This document shows, in pieces, positions 12,894 through 25,187 of a stretch of 64,000 nt of DNA. The position numbers and the translations under genes were made by a program. Source of the DNA: Mustelus asterias (Eukaryota); assembly GCF_964213995.1 (NCBI RefSeq), contig NC_135804.1, positions 20,956,001 through 21,020,000 on the forward strand. Reading direction: 5' to 3'. Below the pieces are notes generated by a model. It did not search any database. It worked only from the letters and a program-made list of their open reading frames with translations, and was not told the DNA's origin. Each line of letters opens with the position of its first letter. Position 1 is the first letter of the stretch.

Positions 12894-13112
12894 ATGGCAC
12901 AACGTGGCAGAGAGCGAACTTCAAGCTTCTTCAATGCAGTTCTGGAGACCTTTGTCCAGGTGTTGGAGATGAGGGGAGAGGTTTCCCCATCCACAGGAGA
13001 TGAGGTACACCTCTAGACAAACTCTGTGAAGGCAGATTGTCATCATGGTCAACACCAGCAGTGTAGTCCAACTAAATGAAGTTCAATCAATGACGTCAAA
13101 CAAGTGATCAGA
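12894..13112 (+). pseudogene. Decayed Myb/SANT-like (Harbinger ORF2-type) coding remnant
   Basis: MAQRGRERTSSFFNAVLETFVQVLEMRGEV resembles the R..RF....LE.LV..V..R..VL start of Myb_DNA-bind_5/MSANTD domains and parallels 28287-28350. Frame is broken downstream. Confidence 0.55.
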
Positions 13113-13432
13113 GCCAATGAATTCATCTCCAAATGCTATTTCCTTACAACTGAGCAACTCGCCTCAACCACTGCTCAATTCACCATCCCTACTTCACTCA
13201 GCCACCAACAATCTCTATCACTCATACCTCATACTTCACATTCATAGTCTTGCCTCATGCTCACATATAACATTGCTACAAGCCTCTCACACAGTTTGCA
13301 CACATTGTCAGCTATTCAATCATGCGAAGCACATCACCCAGACACATTGCACCACACTCACTGACACAATCCCCTTTCTATTGAATGACAAGATGGAGAC
13401 AGCAGCATGGAGAAAGCAGCATGGTAGCACAG

Positions 13433-13777
13433 GGGGCGGCATGGTAGCACAGTGGTTAGCACTGCTGCTTCACAGCTCCAGGGACATGGGTTCGATTCCC
13501 GGCTCGGGTCACTGTCTGTGTGGAGTTTGCACATTCTCCTCGTGTCTACGTGGGTTTCCTCTGGGTGCTCCGGTTTCCTCCCACAGTCCAAAGATGTGCG
13601 GGTTAGGTTGATTGGCCATGCTAAAAAATTGCCCCTGAGTGTCCTGAGATGTGTAGGTTAGAGGGATTAGTGGGTAAATATGTAGGGATATGAGGGTAGG
13701 GCCTGGGTGGGATTGTGGTCGGTGCAGACTCGATGGGCCAAATGGCCTCTCTCTGCACTGTAGGGTTTCTATGATTC
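13433..13777 (+). mobile_element. HE1/V-type SINE, full length
   Basis: gggcggcatggtagcacagtggttagcactgctg through gtttctatgattc. Confidence 0.9.
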
Positions 13778-14157
13778 AAATAATAGGCATGGCTGCACGC
13801 TCACACATCCATGGGGGATGAGACAGCACTCACAGTGCAGCAACAACTGAGGGGAACTGAAACCATCGAAGATGATGGTATGCTCATCCCTAATTCTTCT
13901 CCTCAGTTTCCACTTCCTCTTCATCCCACAATCCCTTCTGATTCTCAAACTGCATATCGTGCAAGCATTCACCTCTTCTTCTTCCCCTCACCAAAACCCC
14001 ACCCTTCTGCCTTCCTCCTTCCAGGTAACCAAGAACTGCAACCTGGTCAGGCAGTGGTGCAGGAGCAGGAAGAGAGAGAGGAAAAAGAGATTAATGATGA
14101 AGCAAGACTGTCACCCATTCCCACACTCACAACCACCAGTTTAGTTACAGACACGGT

Positions 14158-15517
14158 GGGCCTGATTTTACCATTTTCATTCTAAGTGCTGAATCTGGGC
14201 GCAATTCAGATCCGACGTGGAAATCTGCTTTCAGGCGCCCCCATACGCACTCAGCCTGAAAAAAAATCGCGGGTCTGAAACGTGCTGTGGGCGGGGCTTA
14301 TCGCACCCGAAACGATCGGAGCTCTGAACCGCGCATGCGCAGTTCGAAAAAAAATGTAAAAATCGCTCCCGTGTCAGATCGCTCCCGAGCCGCAGAAAGC
14401 GGAGAAAGCGGCCCAGGAGCGAAAAGCGGGAGCAAAAGCCCCTACAGACATCACTATCCCCCTTATCCACCCACCCTCCCCCCCCATTTCCCCCCCCCCT
14501 CCCCCCCCCCTCACTATCCAGACTGATCGCGGCCTGCTGCCCTCTTCCCCCCCACCGGTTGCCCGCAGAGTGGCAGCGGACCCCTCCCACCAGAGATACA
14601 TCTGCCCCCACCATTGAGCGAGCGAGCCTCCATCCCCCACCAGATATGCATCTTACCGGCCTCCCTCCTTTCCCCCTCCTCCCCCCTCCCAAAGAATGAT
14701 CTGGCCTCACTACCCCCCCCCCCAATAATGATCTGGCCTCAACCCCCCCCCCCCCCCCCCCCACCGCCTCACTTCCCCCCTCCTCCAGAGAATGATCTGG
14801 CCTCACTCCCCGCCCCCCCCTCCACCCCCCCCCCCCCACGAGAGAACGCTCTTGCCTCACCCCCCCACAGAGAATGATCTGACCTCACTAACCTCCCCTC
14901 CCCCCCAGTGGAACACCTGACCCGCCTCCTCCTCCCTCCCCACCCCCTCACCAAAGAATGATCTGGCTCACCTCCCTCCCCCCCAACCAGACAACGATCG
15001 GCCCTCCCCCCCACCAGACAATGATCAGCCCTACCCCCCCCCCACAACCAGATGACGATCGGTCCTCCCTCCCCCCCATCCCCACCAGAGATACATCTGA
15101 CCCACCTCCTCCTCCCCCCACCCCCCCAACCATAGAATGATCCCTCCGCGCCCCCCCACCGCTGATCAGAGTCAGAGAGCCGTTGGAAGCTCTGAACTCG
15201 CCTCTTCAGCAGCTGGAGCGCCCGATTCAGACTTTTATTCAGCATGTTCATTTCAGCATCGGTGAACCTGGTGGTAAAGGGGGAAATGCTGATAAAGTTG
15301 GGTGGGCAGTTCATTAATTCAATTTAAATGCATGCAAATGCATTTAAATCGCCGTTGCGCCCGTTTCGGGCGTGAATTGGATCACGGCCATTCCCGGGCG
15401 TCAGTAAAGTGGCAATCTGCACGGACGTGGGCGCGGATCGCGTTAATGGCCTCACACCCGACTTTACCACATTTCCGTGCCCGAAAACGGGCGTGACGCA
15501 ATGGTAAAATAGGGCCT
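14158..15517 (+). mobile_element. Non-autonomous PIF/Harbinger-type element (MITE), copy 2, with expanded internal array
   Basis: TIRs gggcctgattttaccatt / aatggtaaaatagggcct; perfect 3-bp TSD ggt (14155-14157, 15518-15520). Confidence 0.88.
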
Positions 15518-15892
15518 GGTGTGTACATTAAAGCATGGCATTTTGATGAGGCAGCAGGCATAAGTGGCCTGTAACCAGGGCAAGGGACAAAGGTAGCACA
15601 GATGCCAGCTCAACAGAGGGCAAGATCACTCATGATTTATGCTGCAGAGGACTTAGAGGAGAACTTAATTGCTTAAATGGTTGTGGGGGGGGCGGGGTGT
15701 GGTGCACATGTACAGGAAAATGCTGATAGGTTAATAAGTATACGCACAGAAATGTTTGCTGCATTATCAGACCTGCCGGAAAGCTTGTGGTCCCTGTCAA
15801 GAAACATAGAGGAGTCTGGCACCAACCTTGTATCTTGCCTTATGCAGAGTTTGCCACCCATTGCTTCCAGCATGGATGTGGTAACCAACTTT

Positions 15893-17190
15893 AGGCGGCA
15901 TAGTGGCACGGTGGTTAGCACTGTTGCCTCACAGTGCCAGGGACCCGGGTTCGATTCCTGGCTTGGGTCACTGTCCGCATGGAGCTTTCACATTCTCTTT
16001 GTGTCTGTGTGGGTTTCCTCCGGGTGCTCCAGTTCCCTCCCACAGTCCAAAGATGTGCGGATTAGGTGGATTGGCCATGCTAAATTTGTGATTTTTATTA
16101 ATGACTTAGAGGAGGGGGCTGAAGGGTGGATCAGTAAATTTGCTGATGACACCAAGATTGGTGGAGTAGTGGATGAGGTGGAGGGCTGTTGTAGGCTGCA
16201 AAGAGACATAGATAGGATGCAAAGCTGGGCTGAAAAATGGCAAATGGAGTTTAACCCTGATAAATGTGAGGTGATTCATTTTGGTAGGACTAATTTAAAT
16301 GTGGATTACAGGGTCAAAGGTAGATTTCTGAAGACTGTGGAGGAACAGAGAGATCTTGGGGTCCATATCCACAGATCTCTAAAGGTTGCCACTCAAGTGG
16401 ATAGAGCTGTGAAGAAGGCCTATGGTGTGTTGGCTTTTATTAACAGGGGGTTGGAGTTTAAGAGCCGTGGGGTTATGCTGCAATTGTACAGGACCTTGGT
16501 GAGACCACATTTGGAATATTGTGTGCAGTTCTGGTCACCTCACTATAAGAAGGATGTGGAAGTGCTGGAAAGAGTGCAGAGGAGATTTACCAGGATGCCG
16601 CCTGGTTTGGATTGTAGGTCTTATGAGGAAAGGTTGAGGGAGCTAGGGCTGTTCTCTCTGGAGCGGAGGAGGCTGAGGGGAGACTTAATAGAGGTTTATA
16701 AAATGATGAAGGGGATAGATAGAGTGAACGTTCAAAGACTATTTCCTCGGGTGGATGGAGCTATTACAAGGCGGCATAACTATAGGGTTCGTGGTGGGAG
16801 ATACAGGAAGGATATCAGAGGTAGGTTCTTTACGCAGAGAGTGGTTGGGGTGTGGAATGGACTGGCTGCAGTGATAGTGGAGTCAGACACTTTAGGAACA
16901 TTTAAGCGGTTATTGGATAGGCACATGGAGCACACCAGGATGATAGGGAGTGGGATAGCTTGATCTTGGTTTCAAATAAAGCTCGGCACAACATCGTGGG
17001 CCAAAGGGCCTGTTCTGTGCTGTACTGTTCTATGTTCTATGTTCTAAATTGTCCCTTAGTGTCAGGGGGACTTGCTAGGGTAAATGCATGGAGTTATGGG
17101 GATAGGGCCTGGGTGGGATTGAGTTTGGTGCAGACTCAATGGGCCAAATGGCCTCCTTCTGCACTGTAGGGATTCTACGATTCTATGATT
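15893..17190 (+). mobile_element. HE1/V-type SINE split by a young CR1 LINE
   Basis: SINE runs to ...ggccatgctaaatt (16086) and resumes at ctaaattgtcccttagtgtc (17044). Confidence 0.88.
16087..17043 (+). mobile_element. Young 5'-truncated CR1 (HER1-like) LINE with an open RT C-terminus
   Basis: FINDL...ISKFADDTK (RT catalytic FADD) is open to the stop at 16963; (ttctatg)n tail; 7-bp TSD ctaaatt (16080-16086, 17044-17050). Confidence 0.93.
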
Positions 17191-17594
17191 CCATTACCAC
17201 ACTGATGGACCGACCATGATATGGCTTCCATTTCAGCAAAGGCAGAAGCTCCCCAACATCTGGTGCTACAGAAGCTCAGACTGCTGCTTTGATCACATCA
17301 GCGGTGCTACCTGGATGCCACTTTGGACCCAACACAGCACCCATAACATCAATAACAGGGGCACCATGCACCCAAAGTTTGAGGCTAAGATGAAATTTTG
17401 TGACCTCAATCGCATGACATCAAAATGATTTTCACCTTCCAAGCTGAAGGGACCAAAGCTCGCAGGGGTTGCACATTGCCATTTCACCACATACAGAAGG
17501 CACCTGTCAAGAATATTTGCTCCAGTCAGCACAAATATTAAGAAAATCTGCATTTTCAACTGTTTCACATCAAGAAATAAGTATTTGGAAGGTT

Positions 17595-18170
17595 ACACAA
17601 GAACACTCAAGAAATCGGAGCAGGCGTGGAGCACATGGCCTGTCGGGCTTGCTGTACCATTCAGTACAGCCATGGCTGACTTTAGGCTTTAACTCCACCT
17701 TCCTGCATGTTTTCCATAGGTTTTAATTTTCTGAGAGATCACAAATCTGTCTATCACAGCCTTTAATGTATTCAATGATGCAGCATCTACAACCCTCTGG
17801 GGAAGACAATTCAAAAGATAACCTTTGAGTGAAATAATTGCTCTTCACCTTCGTTCTAAATGATCGATCCTCTATCATCCTCACCACTTGCCTTCCCACC
17901 TATTTTTGTGTCATCTGTAAACTTGGCAATAGTACATTCACTTCTCTCATCCAAGTCATTAATATATATTGTAAATAGTTGCGGCCCCAGCACCGATCCC
18001 TATGGCATTCCACCAGTTACAGTGGAGTGAAAATGGTCCAACTCTCTGTCCTCTTTAGTTAGTCAATCCTTTATCCATGTTAATATATAACCCCCCCCCC
18101 CCCCCCCCAACATCATGAGTTCTGGGTTCTTATCTTATCAAGTAGTCTTTTGTGTGGTGCCTTATCAAAC
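17595..18170 (-). mobile_element. Decayed CR1 LINE fragments
   Basis: CR1 3' UTR plus tgtgtcatctgtaaactt (KFTDDT on the minus strand). Confidence 0.65.
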
Positions 18171-18734
18171 GCATGTTGCATTCTTGAGAGCTCAAATTTG
18201 CACTTTCAATAGATGCATAACCCAGATAAGGATATGGTCTACTTTTGGAGTTTTCTTCAGGCCCGGAGAGAGGAAAGATGCATGCACCCTCTTCTTCTCT
18301 GACACAACACACTCCGATCTCTCTAAATATTAGAGGACACCACACTGAGAGATGCTAAAGTCCAGGCCCAAAAAGGTCACAATAATCTTGGACAAATAAA
18401 GAGAAATAAAGAGACTTTAACTATATTAAATATCGCATGGGTTCAACAAAGGAAAATACAAAATATACATTATGAGTAAAAGATAGTCTGATACTCAGAA
18501 TACCGAAATTCTTGTGTACTGTTTGGGAACTATTCGTAGATATAAAATTAGCTTAATTTAGCCCAGCTGTTATCTTTGTCTATAATCAGCTTTGGCCTAA
18601 GTACAGAGCACACGCAGTGGTATACTGGTATACTGAGGAGCGAGTTGCTCTGAGACCTCAACATTGACTTCAGGCTCCATGAAATTACATGGCATCAGGT
18701 CAAACATACTGACCCCAACCCCTTAGCGAATGAA

Positions 18735-20200
18735 TTAGTACTCCTCCATGTTGAACACCAATTCGAAGAAACATTAAAGGCAGCAATTGCAGAAAATGTA
18801 CTCTGGGTGAAGAACTTCAATGTCCATCAGCTAGAGTGACTCAGTAAAGTACCACTACAGATCGAGCCGGCCGATTCCTAAAAGATATAGCTGCTAGACT
18901 GGGTCTTCGGCTGATGATGAGGGATCCAACTACAGGATCAACTTGATTTTGTCCTCACCAATCTACCTGTTACAGATGCATCTGTCCATGACAGGTTTGG
19001 TAGGAATGACCACCGCACAGTCCTTGTGGAGATGAATCCCGCCTTCACATTGAGGATGCTCTCCATCATGTTGTGTGACATTACCACTGTGCTAAATTGG
19101 ACAGATCTCAAACAGATCGAGCAACTTAAAACTGGACATCCGTGAGGAACTTTGGGCTATCAGCAGCAGCAGAATTGTATTCAACCACGATCTGTAACTT
19201 CATGAGCTGGTATATTCCCACTCTACATCAAGCCTGGGGATCAATGCTGGTTAAATGAAGGAGGACATACCAGGAGCAAAACCAGGCATACTGAGAAATG
19301 AGGTGTCAGCCTGGTGAAGTTATAACACAGGACTACTTGCATGCCAAACAGCAAAAACAGCAGCATGCGATAGACAGAATTAAGTGATCCCACAACCAAA
19401 GGATCTAATCTAAGCTCTGTAGTCCTGTCGTATGAATGGTGGACAATTAAACAGGAGGAAAAGGTATCGCAAATATCCCCATCCTCAATGATGGGAGAGC
19501 CCAACACATTAGTGCAAAAGACAAGGCTGAAGCATTTACAACCTTCTTCAGCCAGAAGAGCTGAGTGGATGATTCATCTCGGCCTCCTCCTCAGGTCCCC
19601 AGCATCACAGACATCAGTCTTTAGTCAATTTGATTCATTCCACGTGATATCAAGAAATGGCTGAATCACTGAAATTCTCCACTATCAACACCCTGGGGTT
19701 AACATTGACCAGAAACTGAACGGGACCAGGTTGTCTCTCTCTCTGCCTGCACAGCTGTCTCTCTCTCTCTGCTTGCATGGCTGTCAATCTTGTAGATGGT
19801 ACACGCAGCTGTTATTGTTTGTCGGTGGTGGATGGAGTGAATGTTTAAGGCGATGGATTGGGTACCAAGAGGGAACAACTCACCATGGCTCCTTCGACAA
19901 CACCTTTCAAACCCAAATCCACCTAAAAGGACAAGGGCAACATGTATATGGGAACGTCGTCACCTGTAAGTTCTCCTCCAAGCCACACACAATCCTGGAT
20001 TGGAACAAAATCACCATCCCTTCATTAATGTTGAGTCAAATTTCTGGAACTCCCCCTCTAACACCACTGCGGGTGCACCTACACAATATGGACTTCAAAC
20101 ATTTAAGAGCAACTTTAAGAGCAACTTAAGAGCATGGATGGGCAATAAGTGTTGGCCTAACTGGTAATACTCAAGTCCTGTGAACAAATAAATAATAAAA
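18735..20200 (+). mobile_element. Decayed CR1-clade LINE (family-2 partner type), internally deleted
   Basis: Endonuclease/RT remnants and a tail homologous to 31905-33370 and 52325-52900. Confidence 0.7.
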
Positions 20201-20517
20201 GATAGATTGTTTCCAGCTCTTGAAGGAAGGACCATTGCTAAGTGAAGGCAGCACCAGTGAAGTGCACATCTCCACCATGCTGTGTTCTTTCTTGAGCGTT
20301 TTCCCTGCCTTACTGATGCTCGGCAACAACAAAGCCAAAAAAAATCATTAAGAACCTCCATTTGACTGACGGCTACAGGCCAATCCATATCCAACAACCT
20401 GCTCTGAAAACTCTGTTCACATTTTGACAGCTGTGACAAATTGCAGCACAGCAGCTGGGACCATCCACAATATTTTAAAATGATCAACAATATTCTAAAT
20501 AAAACAACCCACAACAT

Positions 20518-20875
20518 TCGGCACGGTGGCACAGTGGTTGTGCCAGGGACCCAACTGTGTTATACTTTTATGTAGTTCAATTCTGGCCTTTGGTGACTGT
20601 GTGGAGTTTGCACATTCTCTTTGTGTCTGCGTGGGTTTGATCCGGGTGCTCCAGTTTCCTCCCACAGTCAGAAAGTGTGCAGGTGAGGCATATTGGCCAT
20701 GCTAAATTGCCCCTTAGTGCCCAAGATGCGTGGATTGGCCATGGGCAATGCACAGGGTTACGGAGTTAGGGTGGAGGGGAGGGCCTGGGTGGAATGCCCT
20801 TTTGAAGAGTTGGTGCAGACTCGATGGGCTGAATGGCCTCCTTCTGCACTGTGTGGATTCTATGGTTCTATGGTT
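20518..20875 (+). mobile_element. HE1/V-type SINE, diverged
   Basis: V core and CR1-type tail. Confidence 0.8.
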
Positions 20876-21159
20876 TCCCTAACTCCCAACGTTTATAGAT
20901 CGGTTGTAAATTCCAGGATCTGGATCCGTATGTTCACCAAAAACTAATCGGTTCTTCCTTGGGCCATACCTTTCTGTGTACGTTTAGCTGAAATCTCTTC
21001 ACCAGACAGATAAACAGACTAATGTGGGGACATTTTCCCATGCCACTAATGAATGAGATTCAGACCTGAGAAAGGAAGAAACATTTATACACAGAAGGCT
21101 AGGAGGTTGTGGATTACACCATCAATTGGTGATTGAAGCAGAGACCATGAGGCAATACC

Positions 21160-21290
21160 AAAGCAAAATACTGTGGATGTTGAAATCTGAAATAAAAACA
21201 AGAAAATGCCAGAAAGACTCAACAGGTCGGGCAGCATTTGTGGAGGGAGAGAAATGGAGTTAATGTTTCAGGTCAGTGACCTTTGATCAG
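21160..21290 (-). mobile_element. Penelope-like pLTR fragment with degenerate hammerhead core
   Basis: Minus strand ctgatca-aaggtcactgacct-gaaa-cattaac; homologous to 1761-1887. Confidence 0.55.
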
Positions 21291-22174
21291 GTCATGGGGT
21301 AATGTTTAATTTCACCACTTGGGTTGTAAGCTGGCATCTGGAAATGAAATTCTGGGTGGTTCAACAGTGGACAAGTGATCCATCTGATAGATCACTGTCT
21401 AAACAATGAAGGTGAAAACTCCTGCCCCCTGTAATGTTTCAGAATAGGTGAGATCGATGGTTAAAGGGGAAGGAAATAAATGGATATGTGAGCAACAGGC
21501 ACATTGGATTAGAGCCATTGCTTGTGTAAAGGATAACCACCTGGACAGCAGCTTTGGGTTATAATTTTAATTTAATTTTAATTCTATGAGATTAAGTTAT
21601 GGCCTATTACAGTAATGGGAATAAAATACAGTGTTTATGTTTTGCATGCATTCCAACGAAAGTACTCATTTAACTTAAAAAGCTCAAACTTGCAAGTTGC
21701 CGAATGACTATCTGGTGACTATTGGGTGGGGGAATGCAGCAATGTGGATCAGATATCCTACATGCCAATGAAAGCTGTGAACTGAGTAAAGGTGCGTGGC
21801 GGACTCAGTTATCTGTTACCTGAACCAGTCAGGACATTGTTACTAACTGGCCAGCCAGTCAGATTCAATAATGAAACCCAGAGCTGTAACTGTCAGGGAG
21901 GTTTAGATTCTTCCCGTTCATCTCCAAGTAAACTTAAAAGTCAATGCTTTAATGAGCAGCGTAAACCTAATATTCAAAGAAATCTTTTTGGAAAGCCAAA
22001 CTGCAACAGCAGGTGGCAGTGTAGAGTGAGCAGTTGACTGTGAATGAAGGAAAGCTATCTAATGAATTCCAAAATATTCCAAAAACCCCTCAAAAGCAAA
22101 ATGAAATAAGACTGCTGGGCAATGTTTGCATCAAAGCTGAATTGGTAGCTTTGAAACACAAGATTCATAAAGTA

Positions 22175-22482
22175 TGCTATAATCCCTTAAAATACACTAG
22201 ATAAAGACTGGTGGGAGGTGGTGTAGTATAAGGATCTGGCACATATAGATTTAATGTGGGATTGAGTACAGTACCGCACACACAGTACTCATGTAAGAGA
22301 ACACAGGATTAATCTAGTGTTGGACAGAGCTGTGTGTCCAGCAAGCATGGAGGCAGCTACTGGTTTGTAACCTTTACTGTATATTTGTAAATAGCCCCAG
22401 AAGTCAATAAAGGCTTACAGTTACCCGATGTAAGACTACAAAGACCTCTTTAGATCTACTGAACTATGACCAAAACTCTACA
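22175..22482 (+). mobile_element. Possible solo LTR
   Basis: Starts TG, ends CA, internal aataaa at about 22406, about 300 bp. No TSD could be confirmed. Confidence 0.3.
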
Positions 22483-23079
22483 ATAACAATGAACTGTTAG
22501 CATACTATTCTGTATTGGAACTGTACTGCTGGAATACCTACAGGCTGATCTGAATTCAAAATGACCCTAATTGTGCAAATCCGGATTGCTTCAAATCAGT
22601 ACTTTCGATCTGAGAGTTCTCCCTTGTAGCAACGGTCTAGCTAAGCCATGCAGCGATGCAGTTAAGCAGTCGCCTGAAAAGTACCACATAGGCCTTCTTC
22701 TGTGAGAAATAATAAATGTGCGAGGGCCACACAAAAAAGTTTAAAGCAATCGTGGCTGCAAAAAACAGGCCGTGCTCAATAACAAAATTTAAAGGTAACA
22801 CTGCTTGTAACATGTAATCATTCAGACCTATAAAAATAGACATCCAAAAGTCATTTGGTTTCAGCTTGAAAGGTGATATACATTTCTATTATTTAGGCAT
22901 CAGACGGAACAAAGGCAATCTCAATTAAACTAAATTGAGTCCAATATGCATCTTTAGAAAAAGGTTATAAAACAAATGTGATATTGTTACCGTGCAGCAT
23001 CATGGTGAAGGAAGAGAAAGAGTGATTATCCCAGATCTTTACCTTTTTCTCATTCAAATTCTCATGCACTCTCACCTAC

Positions 23080-23386
23080 CATCTGTGGCCAGTTCATCCT
23101 GGGTCAGGTTCTGTTTCCATGGGGCTAGGCCAATCCACATGTCTTTGTCCGCCTCCAGGTGCCTCTGTATAAACTCTTGAGTCTTCTCATTCAGGATGAA
23201 AGCGAGATGTCCCCCGCCCCGCTCACACCATCTCTGAGCACCCTGGAAACTACGCTGCATCTGAACGACTTCATAGCAACTCTTTTGAAAGGCCAGCTGT
23301 TGCTCCAAGCAGGGGCTCGCAGCTGCTCGTGGGCTTAAAGTAAAGGTGAAAGTTAAAGAAAGGAGAAATTTCAAATCCAGCCTCAT
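23080..23386 (-). CDS. PKD1L2: PKD1L2 (polycystin-1-like 2) coding exon 1: signal peptide plus N-terminal half of the C-type lectin domain
   Basis: ATG at 23386 with A at -3. Encodes MRLDLKFLLSLTFTFTLSPRAAASPCLEQQLAFQKSCYEVVQMQRSFQGAQRWCERGGGHLAFI...WIGL, a hydrophobic leader followed by CTLD motifs resembling vertebrate PKD1L2. Phase-1 donor G|gtaggt. Confidence 0.88.
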
Positions 23387-24569
23387 CCTTGACTCATTCA
23401 CTAAGCTTTGAGTAGAGGAGAGCTTCTTGTGTTACAGCACTCCAAACTGACTTCAAGCTGCAATTGGGTCTGCTAAAAATCTGAATTGTACACAAACTGA
23501 GGATAATTGAATTGTCTGTGTTGTTAAGCATACACTGATGAATTATCTGCTCCATAAAACAGACAAAATGTTAAAAGACACAATCCTATTAATTATCATT
23601 TAAAGCTTTGTATAGATTTTCCACAATTGACATTGGCCATCCACTAAATTATCGTCTTGCCTCCATGTCCAGTGAATGTCAAAGATAACACACACAGATG
23701 TTATTCCTTCTTTATTGGGACATGTGCAGGATTGAGATAATAGCCTCACAGTCAAAAAGAAAAGCTAGCACAGCAAGGCTTGTTTACACGATAAGCGAGG
23801 ACATAATTATAATAGGCACTGCCAAAAGATCAGATACAATCTCATTGTCATTGGAGCTACTGACCTCATTCTGTTCCAGGAGCTAGCACCATTCAACTTT
23901 ATCCTGTGTCAGTGCTCCATGACATTTCTGTTTTAGCTCTCCTCCTGTCGCTTTATTTGAATGCAACATTTATTTCACCACTCTCTTCCACAGATAGTTC
24001 CCCAGCCCCGTCAGACAATAAGGTGACCCTGTGGACTCTATTTCAGGGGTAGAACTCGGAAAGTCAGGAGATTTCCTGAGTTAATGCCTGTGACGTCACT
24101 GTCCCCCCTTTTACCCTGAGAATCTTGTGCCCTTTCAAGGGAGCCAATCCAGCTCTGCTCTCATTCCTCCATTCAAAAATGTCCCCATCCTAATAATTCT
24201 CTAACCTTTGTTTTGAAGGATTGATGGTCAATTTCTACACTGGGGATTTTGTTCCATGTTCTTACTCGAGTGGTTGTTTTTATTCATAAAACATGAAACT
24301 TTTCTATATATGTTAAATTCCTACAGAGTGGGAAGCAGCCATTCCAAACTCGCAAACGATATTGAAATCCAGTCAAATTCATGCCAATTGGCTTCGCGCC
24401 CTTTCTGGGCACTAAGTGGTTAACGCCATTCGAAAGGGACCGGGAAGATAGCAAACCATTACGTGCTGGGCGCAAATTGGATTGCTTTGCCTTGCATGCT
24501 ACTTTCCCAGCTCGCCTCGCTAATCGATGGGTGCAGTGAGGTGGTAAAATCGTGCCCGACATTTCAGGA

Positions 24570-24657
24570 TGATGAAATAAAAACAGAAATTGCTAGGAAA
24601 TTCAGCGGGGAGAAACAGAGTTAACGTTTCGAGCCCATATGACTATTCCTCAGAGCA
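24570..24657 (-). mobile_element. Penelope-like pLTR fragment with hammerhead-like core
   Basis: Minus strand ctgagga-atagtcatatgggctc-gaaa-cgttaac: CUGANGA and GAAA intact, palindromic AACGUU stem III, stem I degraded. Confidence 0.55.
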
Positions 24658-25085
24658 ACAACTTTGCTTTTATTTCAAGCCGATGACATCTTTCAAAATC
24701 ACATTTGTAAATGAAGCTTGTTTTCAGTTATTGTTCAGTGTTGGATAAGTATGTAGCAAACAAAATACAAGGATCGCACACTCTTGTGTCTGTCCAGAGA
24801 AAGCAATCAGGACTGGATGAAGGAGTCAGAGAGACAGTGGGATGGAGGGGAAGAGGGAGAATGGAGTTGAATTTATCCTCTATCTCCTCTTTTTAGTGAT
24901 TAGGCATTGGTTCTCTTTACACAATACACCTTTAGGGCTCAAGTGAGATGTGTCATTGTTGTAAATCAGTTCATGAAGCTTTAAATTATCAATCTTTATT
25001 GTTTCAACCTTTGCCCTGCTCAATGTCAGGAGATCTGCAAAATTAGCATACCTCACCTTTCCGTGAAAGATAAAAGCAGAATTGC

Positions 25086-25187
25086 TCTGAGAAAGGGTCA
25101 TCCTGACCCGAAACATTGGTTGGATTCTCTCTCCACAGATACTGTCAGACCTGCTCAGATTTTCCAGCATCTTCTGTTTTTATTTCA
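25086..25187 (+). mobile_element. Penelope-like pLTR fragment with degenerate hammerhead core
   Basis: ctgagaa-agggtcatcctgaccc-gaaa-cattgg followed by sequence homologous to 1761-1887. Confidence 0.6.

Noticed and set aside
13433-13510. tRNA-like heads with A/B boxes, many copies
   Set aside because: They run directly into SINE cores and tails and lack a proper cloverleaf end and terminator, so they are SINE heads, not tRNA genes.
13452-13661. Recurrent ORF family MVSTAASQ...GSLSVWSLH...GFLPQSKDV
   Set aside because: Translation of the SINE consensus, not a gene family.
14589-15150. Repeat-spacer array resembling CRISPR
   Set aside because: Units are degenerate, spacers are C homopolymers rather than unique sequence, the array lies inside a TIR element in a vertebrate intron, and no cas genes are present.
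184-23386. Alternative call as PKD1, pkd1b or PKD1L3
   Set aside because: The two SUEL-lectin exons between the CTLD and PKD-like exons, plus linkage to BCO1, fit PKD1L2.
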